Assembly: GCA_038877255.1 (NCBI GenBank)
Contig: JAVYWZ010000012.1
Coordinates: 1 to 22,160, forward strand
Origin: Candidatus Micrarchaeaceae archaeon
GTDB lineage: Archaea > Micrarchaeota > Micrarchaeia > Micrarchaeales > CABMGC01
Length of the DNA: 22,160 nt
Direction: 5' to 3'
In this document: positions 7,999 through 15,713 of the stretch, piece after piece
How the letters are laid out: each line of letters opens with the position of its first letter
How positions within the stretch are numbered: the stretch's first letter is position 1
Translations under genes and position numbers: made by a program
The notes under the pieces: model-generated
What the model was told of the DNA's origin: nothing
The model's input: only the letters and a program-made list of their open reading frames with translations
The model's database searches: none

Positions 7999-8316
7999 TT
8001 AGAACGTAATCGTTACATAGCCTTCCTCTATGCTTTTTCTTATATATTCTCCGACTGGAATCAATTCGATGTCACTCGAAAGTTTTGCATCCAGATTGTA
8101 CTTTTTTGCGGAGTTCACGCAGGCCTTCGGCTTGACTGTCGCGAACGAATTGTATTCCTTTCGCAGCTGGTCATTTGCGGCTAAAGTCTTTTCGCTTGGC
8201 CCCCAGAATATTACCCTTATTTCGTTTCCAGCTTGCGACTGGTTCTTAATAAAATTCAAGGGCATCCTTATCTTTTCCTCTTCCTCGCTCATTACTATTA
8301 GCAATATTTTTACCAT
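7999..8316 (-). CDS. DsrE/DsrF-like family protein
   Basis: KILLIV, VIFWGPSEK, KACVNSAKKY and EGYVTITF; 105 aa; GGTG SD-like motif upstream. Confidence 0.8.
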   Translation of the reverse strand: MVKILLIVMSEEEEKIRMPLNFIKNQSQAGNEIRVIFWGPSEKTLAANDQLRKEYNSFATVKPKACVNSAKKYNLDAKLSSDIELIPVGEYIRKSIEEGYVTITF

Positions 8317-8396
8317 ATTTACACACCGTGTATGCGTTGGCAGGGCTTGCTAGCAGCAAGAGCTGCCGGCAAGCGCCGCAGGCGCAGCTGTAGCTT

Positions 8397-8705
8397 TTAT
8401 CTCAGCCACAGCATGCCAACTACTTTCTTTCCCTGGGCTAGGTCAACCTTTACGCCGAACCTCCCAACCCAGTACGAAGCCACGTCCATCGATTTAGGGT
8501 CTTCGACATTGTCGAAGAGCTGGCCTACTACCTCGTCGTTCAAGAGCAGAGGTATGTGCCTTATGCCCCTCGGGTCAGTCCACGGCTCCCCTTTTTTCAC
8601 CTTGGAGAGAAGCTCCTTGCTGTCTTTTTCTACCTGCTTTTCGTCCAGCTCCTCGTTATCTGAGCTGTAGTAATTTTTCATCCATCTCCATCCATATCCT
8701 TTCAT
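8397..8705 (-). CDS. Hypothetical small soluble protein
   Basis: Clean ORF with a GAGGTG Shine-Dalgarno motif before ATG8705, just downstream of the MFS stop. Confidence 0.7.
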   Translation of the reverse strand: MKGYGWRWMKNYYSSDNEELDEKQVEKDSKELLSKVKKGEPWTDPRGIRHIPLLLNDEVVGQLFDNVEDPKSMDVASYWVGRFGVKVDLAQGKKVVGMLWLR

Positions 8706-8721
8706 TTCTACCACCTCAACA

Positions 8722-9939
8722 TTATTTTACGCTGCTTTCGGCCTGCTGCTTTGGTCTGAGAGCGAGCTCCCAGACGAAGAATATTGCAGTTATTGCAGCG
8801 AATATCCAGAGCGTTGTCGTGAAACCTAGATATTTCACCGATGCCATGTAGCCAACGAGCGGCATGAGAATCGACATTATCATCATGCTGGAGCTGAAGA
8901 ATGATGTCGATATGCCTATTTCTTCAGGCTTGAACGTTGTGTTTGCTATCTGCAGCCCTAGAGTCCATGCTATGCCATCTGGTATTGCGGCAATAAGGAA
9001 TGCCAGAACAAAGAACAGGATTGACACCGAGCTCAATGCTAGGAATATAGCCGCTGCAAGGGCTACACTAACAGCAAAGACCATGTATGGTCTCTTGTTC
9101 TGTATCGGCGATTTCAGCCTTATGATGAACCTCGTCACTACGTCGCCGATGAACATTATGGCCAATAGGTAGAAGATATTTGTTGCTGAAATACCAAGAA
9201 CCCCGCCGTAGATTACTCCGTATGATAGTATTATATAGAAAGGTATCGTATAGGCGAAGGCGGCTATGACTGCCCAGTTGAACTGCCTGTTCTTGAATAA
9301 AGATGTTATGCTCGTGCTTCCCTTTTGCCCTTTTTCTTCCATGTACTTAAGGGAATATTTTCCCCTCAGTGACGCTACAAATGGTATCGCCACAAAGGCC
9401 ATCACTGCAAATATCAGGAAAATTTCCTTGATGCCCATATGCAGTAGGTATCCTGTTACGAACGGAGCTACGATTAAAGCAAGCGCAACCCAGAATGAGA
9501 ATGCAGCCTGCTCAACCTGCCTCTTAGACTGATCGACGGACGCCATTCCGGCCATTGTCATGAACGAGTCCATTACAAGGCCTGTTATGAAGCCATCAAT
9601 GATCATAAGTGTATAGACCTCTGCGAAGCCTGATGCAAATATGTAGAGCGGCATCGTGATTCCAAGAAGCGCAAGGGAAATTATCTCTACCCTTTTCAAC
9701 TGGCTAGGCCTAAATTTCCTCATCAGGAATGCTGCAACTGCGAATGTCAGAGTAAAGAGTGCAAACCCTACTCCAACCTCGAACGAATTCATGCCGAACG
9801 TTTGTCCTAACTTGCCAATAGAGGTCTGATAGAACTGGAGCAGAAACCTGCCCATGAATGCGGCTATGATTATTAGCCATGACGCTCCGCTTATGACACC
9901 AAAATCCAATCCGACTTTTCCAAGGTTTTTCCCAACCAT
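8722..9939 (-). CDS. Major facilitator superfamily transporter
   Basis: About 12 TM segments in two 6-TM halves, AGGTGA SD before ATG9939, divergent from a TetR gene. Confidence 0.85.
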   Translation of the reverse strand: MVGKNLGKVGLDFGVISGASWLIIIAAFMGRFLLQFYQTSIGKLGQTFGMNSFEVGVGFALFTLTFAVAAFLMRKFRPSQLKRVEIISLALLGITMPLYIFASGFAEVYTLMIIDGFITGLVMDSFMTMAGMASVDQSKRQVEQAAFSFWVALALIVAPFVTGYLLHMGIKEIFLIFAVMAFVAIPFVASLRGKYSLKYMEEKGQKGSTSITSLFKNRQFNWAVIAAFAYTIPFYIILSYGVIYGGVLGISATNIFYLLAIMFIGDVVTRFIIRLKSPIQNKRPYMVFAVSVALAAAIFLALSSVSILFFVLAFLIAAIPDGIAWTLGLQIANTTFKPEEIGISTSFFSSSMMIMSILMPLVGYMASVKYLGFTTTLWIFAAITAIFFVWELALRPKQQAESSVK

Positions 9940-9948
9940 GTCAATCAC

Positions 9949-10046
9949 CTGACTAATCAGTCAGTTAGTATTATGAATATACAGATATATAAACCTTTCT
10001 TTAAATTGACTGACTACTCAGTATACAAATAATGACCGATAGGTTA
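9949..10046. promoter_or_regulatory. Divergent promoter region with three TetR-type operator sites, consensus TGACY-N4-RGTCA
   Basis: CTGACT-AATC-AGTCAG (9949-9964, perfect), TGACT-GACT-ACTCA (10007-10020) and TGACC-GATA-GGTTA (10033-10046). Confidence 0.7.
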
Positions 10047-10071
10047 ATAAATTTACGTCGGTATTATATAC

Positions 10072-10626
10072 ATGCAGGGTGATTGTGCGGTAGGCAATAG
10101 AGAAAAGCAAATAATAAATGCTGCCATAAACGTATTTTCAAAGAAGGGTTTTGACATATCAAATGTTGATGAAATTGCGGCGAGGGCCAGAGTAAGTAAG
10201 GGAACCGTATTCCTTTATTTCAAAAGGAAAGATGAGCTGATAAAGCGCGTAGCGCTACTTTCTGTGCCGTATCCTGAGATTATTTCTGTAAATAGCAAAA
10301 CTTATGAGGATTATAAGAAACTGCTAAACGATTTCGGCAATGCATTCTTAGATAAATACGCTGACAAGCGCATGCGAGACCTGTTTATAATGACAATGGC
10401 AAAAAAAGGGTATTACAAGATCATTGAAGACCAGCTTAAAGAACTCTGCTTTGTAGAAATGGATAAGATGTTCAGCACAGTAGAAAGGTTAATGGGCAAG
10501 CCTGTTCACATTACTGTAAAGAAGGCGTTCTTCGGTGCGCTTCTGTGCTATATACTTTGGTGGGACCACAACAACATAGATCCTGGTAAATATGTTAGCG
10601 ATCTTGTAGACAATCTATTTGGATAG
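10072..10626 (+). CDS. TetR/AcrR-family transcriptional regulator
   Basis: IINAAINVFSKKGF...VDEIAARARVSKGTVFLYFKRKDEL N-terminal HTH signature. Confidence 0.92.
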   Translation: MQGDCAVGNREKQIINAAINVFSKKGFDISNVDEIAARARVSKGTVFLYFKRKDELIKRVALLSVPYPEIISVNSKTYEDYKKLLNDFGNAFLDKYADKRMRDLFIMTMAKKGYYKIIEDQLKELCFVEMDKMFSTVERLMGKPVHITVKKAFFGALLCYILWWDHNNIDPGKYVSDLVDNLFG

Positions 10627-10689
10627 AGAGACATGAGCAAGTGAATGCACTAAGCTAGAAAACTAGCACTCTCTTCCACGAGTTCTTTA

Positions 10690-10842
10690 AGCAATTTCTT
10701 TTTATTCCATCTAATCAATTTTCTCACTTAGCACTTCTTGCGCATATCTGTATCGCTTTCAAAAACTTCAGTACAAGCCTGTCCAGCGACGCCAACTCCT
10801 TATTAGATATACTATCTTCCCTTTCTTGTAGACTAGCTCCAT
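10690..10842 (-). pseudogene. Frameshifted, truncated gene remnant (possibly an archaeal nucleotidyltransferase-like family)
   Basis: TATA box at ~10870-10877 and ATG10842. Reads MELVYKKGKIV, shifts frame to NKELASLDRLVLKFLKAI, then hits multiple stops. The family resemblance is from memory only. Confidence 0.4.
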
Positions 10843-10884
10843 ACGAACCGTATGCTTAACGCACATAACTTATAAATAAACAAG

Positions 10885-10959
10885 TGCTCCCACCGGGATT
10901 TGAACCCGGGTCCCAGCCTCGAAGGGGCTGTATCCTTGACCGGACTAGACGACGGGAGC
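10885..10959 (-). tRNA. tRNA-Glu(TTC), intronless, CCA not encoded
   Basis: Cloverleaf with acceptor GCTCCCG/TGGGAGC-A, D-arm GTCT..GGAT, anticodon arm CAGCC-CCTTCGA-GGCTG and T-arm CCGGG-TTCAAAT-CCCGG. Confidence 0.93.
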
Positions 10960-11017
10960 CTGTATTATAATGCTCTTTGCTCTTTTATTTTTATGTCTTG
11001 CAACTGCGTGACAATGA

Positions 11018-11503
11018 TTAGAACCAGACATTCCTGCTGAGCATTATTCCATATATTGCGTAATTGAAAATGTCCATCAGCGTGTCAAGCTGCTTCTCGT
11101 CTTTCACTTCTTGAGTGCCCGTTTTAAACATATTATTAAGCCTGTTTATCTTATCGCCTATTCTTACAATAACGCCCATTGTACCAAACTTAAGTATGTT
11201 GTCAGAGCCATAGTCTTTGTTCTTTCTAACACCAAGTTCGTAGCACTCCTTGCCAATCTCTGGAACTGGTTTGTTGGTCATTTGCGAAGCGCCAGATATG
11301 GCGATTTCTGCAAGCTTCCTGAAGAATGTTTCGTCGGCAAAGCCTTCGATGTCTTTTGGCTCCTTGAACTTGCTCCAAAACAAGCCGTTAAGCTTTGTCA
11401 CGACATCTGAAAGCGCGTAATGCGCTATGCTTAACGAAGCTATTTCGTTTACAGCTTTTTCAAAGTTTCTTTCCCATGACGAGTAATTTTTAGTACTTGC
11501 CAT
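11018..11503 (-). CDS. DUF1599 / nucleotide-modification-associated domain 1 (Nmad1) protein
   Basis: RKNKDYG...VRIGDKINRL...DEKQLDTLMDIFNYAI signature in the C-terminal half. Confidence 0.8.
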   Translation of the reverse strand: MASTKNYSSWERNFEKAVNEIASLSIAHYALSDVVTKLNGLFWSKFKEPKDIEGFADETFFRKLAEIAISGASQMTNKPVPEIGKECYELGVRKNKDYGSDNILKFGTMGVIVRIGDKINRLNNMFKTGTQEVKDEKQLDTLMDIFNYAIYGIMLSRNVWF

Positions 11504-11536
11504 AGACTCGCATAGCTATCTCAGAAAGAATAGCAA

Positions 11537-11812
11537 TTACCTTGAAAGATCAGCTGCCTCTTCTTTTGTGGCTTCTTGAGGCACTGACGGCGCTGATACT
11601 AGCACTACGTCTCCAACATTCTTCACGCTCTTGTAAAGTATGCTCTTTTGCCTTAGAGTGGTCTTTGCATCGCCCTTTGCGCTTTTCCAAGGAATCATAA
11701 GAAGCCTGCTTACTTCGCCCTTTTCCAAGTCCAAGATTATATCTTGTACTTCACCCAAATACTGGCCTGCATCACTGTATATATCCATTCTCAACAGCTC
11801 TGAGAGAAGCAT
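11537..11812 (-). CDS. PRC-barrel domain protein (CdpB-like)
   Basis: LSELLRMDIYSDAGQYLGEVQDIILD...GEV and VKNVGDVVLV motifs. AGGTGG SD precedes ATG11812. Confidence 0.88.
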   Translation of the reverse strand: MLLSELLRMDIYSDAGQYLGEVQDIILDLEKGEVSRLLMIPWKSAKGDAKTTLRQKSILYKSVKNVGDVVLVSAPSVPQEATKEEAADLSR

Positions 11813-11896
11813 GTTTCCACCTATCGCCTTGATTTTATTCATCACGACAATTATTTAAACGTTACTCAAACGCCAGTATAGTGGAATACTCTGCCT

Positions 11897-13051
11897 TCAT
11901 GGCTGCAACCAGTCTATTTCGTAATATTCATGCCTGCTTCTTGGTAGGAGTATGCGCCGCACGGTGTAATAAGTTACTGCAGTCTCCCTATCTACTATGG
12001 CCAGCAATAACTCAAGTTTTCTCTTTGCTGATTCCTCTATGGCGCTTGCAAGGTCGTTTCCACCAAGGTACTCTTCTTCACCAAGAGCAAGCATTGCAAA
12101 ATGAGGCGGCTGGCTAGCAGGGTCATCAGCGGTGCTGCCGTGCCTGTGGTAAAGTACGAAGTCTGTCTTGGTGCGACTTCTTCTTGGAGAGCCTGGCATC
12201 GCAAGAAGGAATGTCTTTCTAACAGAGTGGGCTACGCGTATGGCGCGCGCCCATTCGGAAATGAGCATTCGCGAGTTGCGCGGAAAAACATGTATTACGT
12301 GCTTTGAATGCGCCCTGTTTGCATTGTTTTCATTGCCAGGCCTTGCTCCTGGAAAATAAACTCTGAAATTCGTGCCGAATTTGAAACCGGTCTTTATAAC
12401 ATAGCCCTTATCGCGCCAATCAGCATAAACTTCATACATGCTCTCGAAATTGCTGTGCCTCTTCTCGGCAAGCGACATGAGCTCCGCACGCGAAATATTA
12501 GTTAATGAGAGAACGCCCTTGTCAAGCAAGTAGAGTGTCTCATATGCATCTAGCTTGTTTGATTGGCCCCTGTCTGCGGCTTTGTATGAGCCATATTGAC
12601 CCAGCCAGTATTTTTCATAGAGGAGCTTGCCTGTTTCCTGTTCATGAACAACAGCGATCAAATCCGATTTGAAAAACGTTGCGGAGATGTGCGCATTAGG
12701 CAAAACTATTGTTTGTGCAGGATATTTTTTCACAGGGTTTTCAACAGGTGCAGCGTTTCCTATTGGCATTCGCCTTGCTATAAGTCCGCGATCACGCCAA
12801 TCTCTATAAGCGAAATATTTTGCAAGAAACTTTTTAGAGCGCCAATACTTGGAAGCAATATCAAGAAACGTAACAGTGCCCCTGCTAGATGTGCATTCGG
12901 CATTACGAGAATCTATAAGATAAAGGGCCTCTTCAAGGTCAAGCTTAAGAATGCCTTTTTCTAAAGCGCCGTAGAACCCGGCTTGCAGCATGCTTTTCGT
13001 AGAATCGTCATGCACCGAAAATGTTTTGTTTGAAAACACTATTTTTAGCAT
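11897..13051 (-). CDS. endA: tRNA splicing endonuclease, epsilon2 (ARMAN-type three-unit) architecture
   Basis: Repeated L.LEEALYL / LDAYETLYL units, catalytic KTGFKFGTNFRVY, HSKH and RVAHSVRKT, C-terminal AIVD...YY, and GSYK ASL-like loop. Confidence 0.93.
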   Translation of the reverse strand: MLKIVFSNKTFSVHDDSTKSMLQAGFYGALEKGILKLDLEEALYLIDSRNAECTSSRGTVTFLDIASKYWRSKKFLAKYFAYRDWRDRGLIARRMPIGNAAPVENPVKKYPAQTIVLPNAHISATFFKSDLIAVVHEQETGKLLYEKYWLGQYGSYKAADRGQSNKLDAYETLYLLDKGVLSLTNISRAELMSLAEKRHSNFESMYEVYADWRDKGYVIKTGFKFGTNFRVYFPGARPGNENNANRAHSKHVIHVFPRNSRMLISEWARAIRVAHSVRKTFLLAMPGSPRRSRTKTDFVLYHRHGSTADDPASQPPHFAMLALGEEEYLGGNDLASAIEESAKRKLELLLAIVDRETAVTYYTVRRILLPRSRHEYYEIDWLQP

Positions 13052-13148
13052 AATTAGACTATTCTCTGCAAGTATATAAAAGTCACAGGTGCTTATGCTT
13101 GTCAGTAATAAGCAATAAAGATATTGTTTTTCTAATTTATTTGTTTGA

Positions 13149-14141
13149 ATGCAAAAGTATTACGAACGTGAACAGGCTGAAAGACTCAAAAAGGCAAAGC
13201 TGACAATATTAGGCATTTTGCTTGCAAGCCTCGCAGTATTTTCAGCAATAGCCATACTGGCAATAGTAAACGAAGGCACTGATAAGTTTGTCTCAACATT
13301 GCTCTCGCTTAACCCTATGTATTATCTCGCCGCACTCGTATGTGTTTTGCTTAGCGATATAATCGGCTTTCCGAAATGGGACCTATTTCTCAGGAAGCTA
13401 AAAATCAAGATCCAAAAGAAGAAAAACTTCCTAATATACTTGTCAATGTTTTCAATGGACATCTCTCCTGGCAGATGGGGCAGAGCTGCGGTGTCTTACA
13501 CGGTAAATAGGCAGACAAAAGCGACTTTTGGGCAGACGTTCCCTGCTGTTGTAGCAGATATCTTCACAGACTTCCTAGGCTTCATAGTAGTGGCGGTTTT
13601 CACGGCGTTCATGGTGCACAAATACTCTGAAATATCAATAATAATAAGCATTATACTCCTCATTCCGTTTGTATTTATATTTTACGAGAAGCCATTCAAG
13701 TTCCTGAAAAAAAGATTTAGGAAATATAGGCATGCGCAAAGTTTCTTCAACATAGGAGACACCTATTTTAAAAGCAAGAGGCTACTCAGTTTGGGCAGCT
13801 ACGCCTTCGCAATGCTGTTCACTATACCGGCAGTGATCTTAAGCGGCTTTGCGCTTTATTTTGTAATACTGAGCTTTGGTATTCACATAGGCATAAGCTT
13901 CTTTCCTACGCTGCTTTTCGTTTACACATCTGCGCTCTTGTTGGGTATGATTACAGGAATACCAGGTACGTTGGGCGTCACTGATATTGCATTGGTTGGT
14001 TATCTTACTGCGTTCTTTCCTGGCTTGGGCATCACTTTCGGGGTCGCTGCGCTAGTGACGATATTCTTCAGGATAGCGAGCATCTGGTTTGAAGAAGCAA
14101 TCACTTCGCTTGTGCTACTTTATACCATGCGCTACTGGTAA
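13149..14141 (+). CDS. Lysylphosphatidylglycerol-synthase-TM / flippase-like membrane protein (UPF0104)
   Basis: Polytopic protein with KW..FL, SPGRWG, IPGTLGVTD and FFRIASIW motifs. Confidence 0.82.
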   Translation: MQKYYEREQAERLKKAKLTILGILLASLAVFSAIAILAIVNEGTDKFVSTLLSLNPMYYLAALVCVLLSDIIGFPKWDLFLRKLKIKIQKKKNFLIYLSMFSMDISPGRWGRAAVSYTVNRQTKATFGQTFPAVVADIFTDFLGFIVVAVFTAFMVHKYSEISIIISIILLIPFVFIFYEKPFKFLKKRFRKYRHAQSFFNIGDTYFKSKRLLSLGSYAFAMLFTIPAVILSGFALYFVILSFGIHIGISFFPTLLFVYTSALLLGMITGIPGTLGVTDIALVGYLTAFFPGLGITFGVAALVTIFFRIASIWFEEAITSLVLLYTMRYW

Positions 14142-14193
14142 ATATTTTGTAAATAGGCAAACAAAATATAACAATGCAATTGCAAACTGATGA

Positions 14194-15144
14194 TTAGTCA
14201 CGTATTCCTTGAGCGGTTATTTTTATAACAGCCTCGCCCTCTGGCAGACTAGGCGAATCGACAAGACGCACAATGCGCTTGTCTTCCTTGCTTTTTCTGA
14301 GATAAAGTCGTGTTGTCGCAGCATGTGCTATTATATTACCGCCAACAGGAACTGTAGGATCGCCGAACAATATAGCAGGGTTGTCTATTACCTGGTTTGT
14401 AACATATACTGCAAGGTTGAAAGAATCGGCAAGGCTCTGAAGCTTGTGGACATGGCCGTTAAGCTTCTGCTGCCTTTCTGCAAGGCCGCCCCTGCCTACA
14501 AACTCGGCCCTAAACAAAGAAGTCAGCGAATCCACAACTATAAGCTTTATGCCTTTCTCTGCTATCAGCTTATCTGCCCTTTCTATAGTGAGTATCTGCT
14601 GCTCAACTGTTGTTGCGCGCACTACAAAGATATTGTCAAGCACAGCCTTCGGATCAAGCCCTGAGACTTTTGCCATGTCTTGTATGCGTTCTGGCCTAAA
14701 TGTGCTTTCTGTGTCGATAAAAAGCGCTCCTCCGCCAAGCCCGCCTTTTCCAGGCTCAAGTTGCACGTTTAGTGAGAGCTGGAAACCTAACTGAGACTTG
14801 CCGCTACCGAACTTGCCATACGCTTCTGTTATGCCGTTTGTCTCAACGCCGCCGCCAAGCAGCTCGTCAAGGCCTTTAGAGCCTGTTGTGATTTTGCCTA
14901 TTGCAAGCCTTCTCTCCAGCACCTTCGACGCTTCAAAATAGTTAATAGTGGTTGCCTGCTTTGCCGCATCGATTGCTTTTTTTGCGTTTTCAACACTTAT
15001 GCCGACTAATTCGGAAAGCTCGAAGGGTGAAGCTACTGCAATTTGGTCAAGTGATGTGTAGCCTGCAGTCTTTAGCTTCTCAGCAGTAGCAGGGCCTATG
15101 CCTGGCAGGTCTTCCATGCTCTTTATCTCCTTCTCCTTTGCCAC
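14194..15144 (-). CDS. radA: DNA repair and recombination protein RadA
   Basis: N-terminal HhH EDLPGIGPATAEKL, Walker A GKFGSGKSQ, Walker B IVVDS, and LAERQQKL. Probable start is GTG15144 (VAKEKE). Confidence 0.97.
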   Translation of the reverse strand: MAKEKEIKSMEDLPGIGPATAEKLKTAGYTSLDQIAVASPFELSELVGISVENAKKAIDAAKQATTINYFEASKVLERRLAIGKITTGSKGLDELLGGGVETNGITEAYGKFGSGKSQLGFQLSLNVQLEPGKGGLGGGALFIDTESTFRPERIQDMAKVSGLDPKAVLDNIFVVRATTVEQQILTIERADKLIAEKGIKLIVVDSLTSLFRAEFVGRGGLAERQQKLNGHVHKLQSLADSFNLAVYVTNQVIDNPAILFGDPTVPVGGNIIAHAATTRLYLRKSKEDKRIVRLVDSPSLPEGEAVIKITAQGIRD

Positions 15145-15184
15145 AGTATCAAGTTTATTGCACAGAATAAGCAATTAAATCTTA

Positions 15185-15712
15185 CTAATTCTGGCTTTGT
15201 TCGCCTTGGCTTCCGTCTTTTTTATCGAGGAAGCGCTTGCCAAGCGCCTCCCTGCGCTTCAGCTCCTGGTCTATCTTGTTAAAATCCTCCTTGCTCAGAA
15301 CTCTGCTCAGAATATATTGCGAGTAGTCGACAGACACCTGCGCAGCGTTCAACGCTATGGCCTGAAGTTCGGCAATTGTGAGCCTATACTCTTTTTCTGG
15401 CTTTACCACTTCTATAGCCGCTGGCGCGAAGCTGAACGCAACACTGACAAGAGTAGAGAGATTCTTGAAAAGAACAGTAAGCGTGGCGCTTGTCGAATAA
15501 ACGTTGTCCTTGTCTATCTTTATCGGCTCATCTATGCTGCCGAAGCAGTATATTACACCAGGAGTTTTGAGCAGCCTATTGTTGACAAGGTCGAGCATTA
15601 GCGGCTGAAGGTCTTCTTGCTTCTCGCTCTGCATGTCAAAATACAGTTTCGCGAGTATGCCGCCGTTTGCAACTGTCTTCTCAGTAAGTTCATTCACTTC
15701 TGATCTTGACAT
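15185..15712 (-). CDS. Conserved-looking hypothetical protein between hisS and radA
   Basis: 175-aa ORF starting 1 bp after the hisS stop, with an alpha/beta pattern and a FAPAAIEVVKP motif. Confidence 0.8.
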   Translation of the reverse strand: MSRSEVNELTEKTVANGGILAKLYFDMQSEKQEDLQPLMLDLVNNRLLKTPGVIYCFGSIDEPIKIDKDNVYSTSATLTVLFKNLSTLVSVAFSFAPAAIEVVKPEKEYRLTIAELQAIALNAAQVSVDYSQYILSRVLSKEDFNKIDQELKRREALGKRFLDKKDGSQGEQSQN

Positions 15713-15713
15713 T

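Noticed and set aside
10914..10930. Reading the tRNA as Arg(TCG)
   Set aside because: Centring TCG in the loop destroys the 5-bp anticodon stem, and the acceptor and D-arm features fit Glu.
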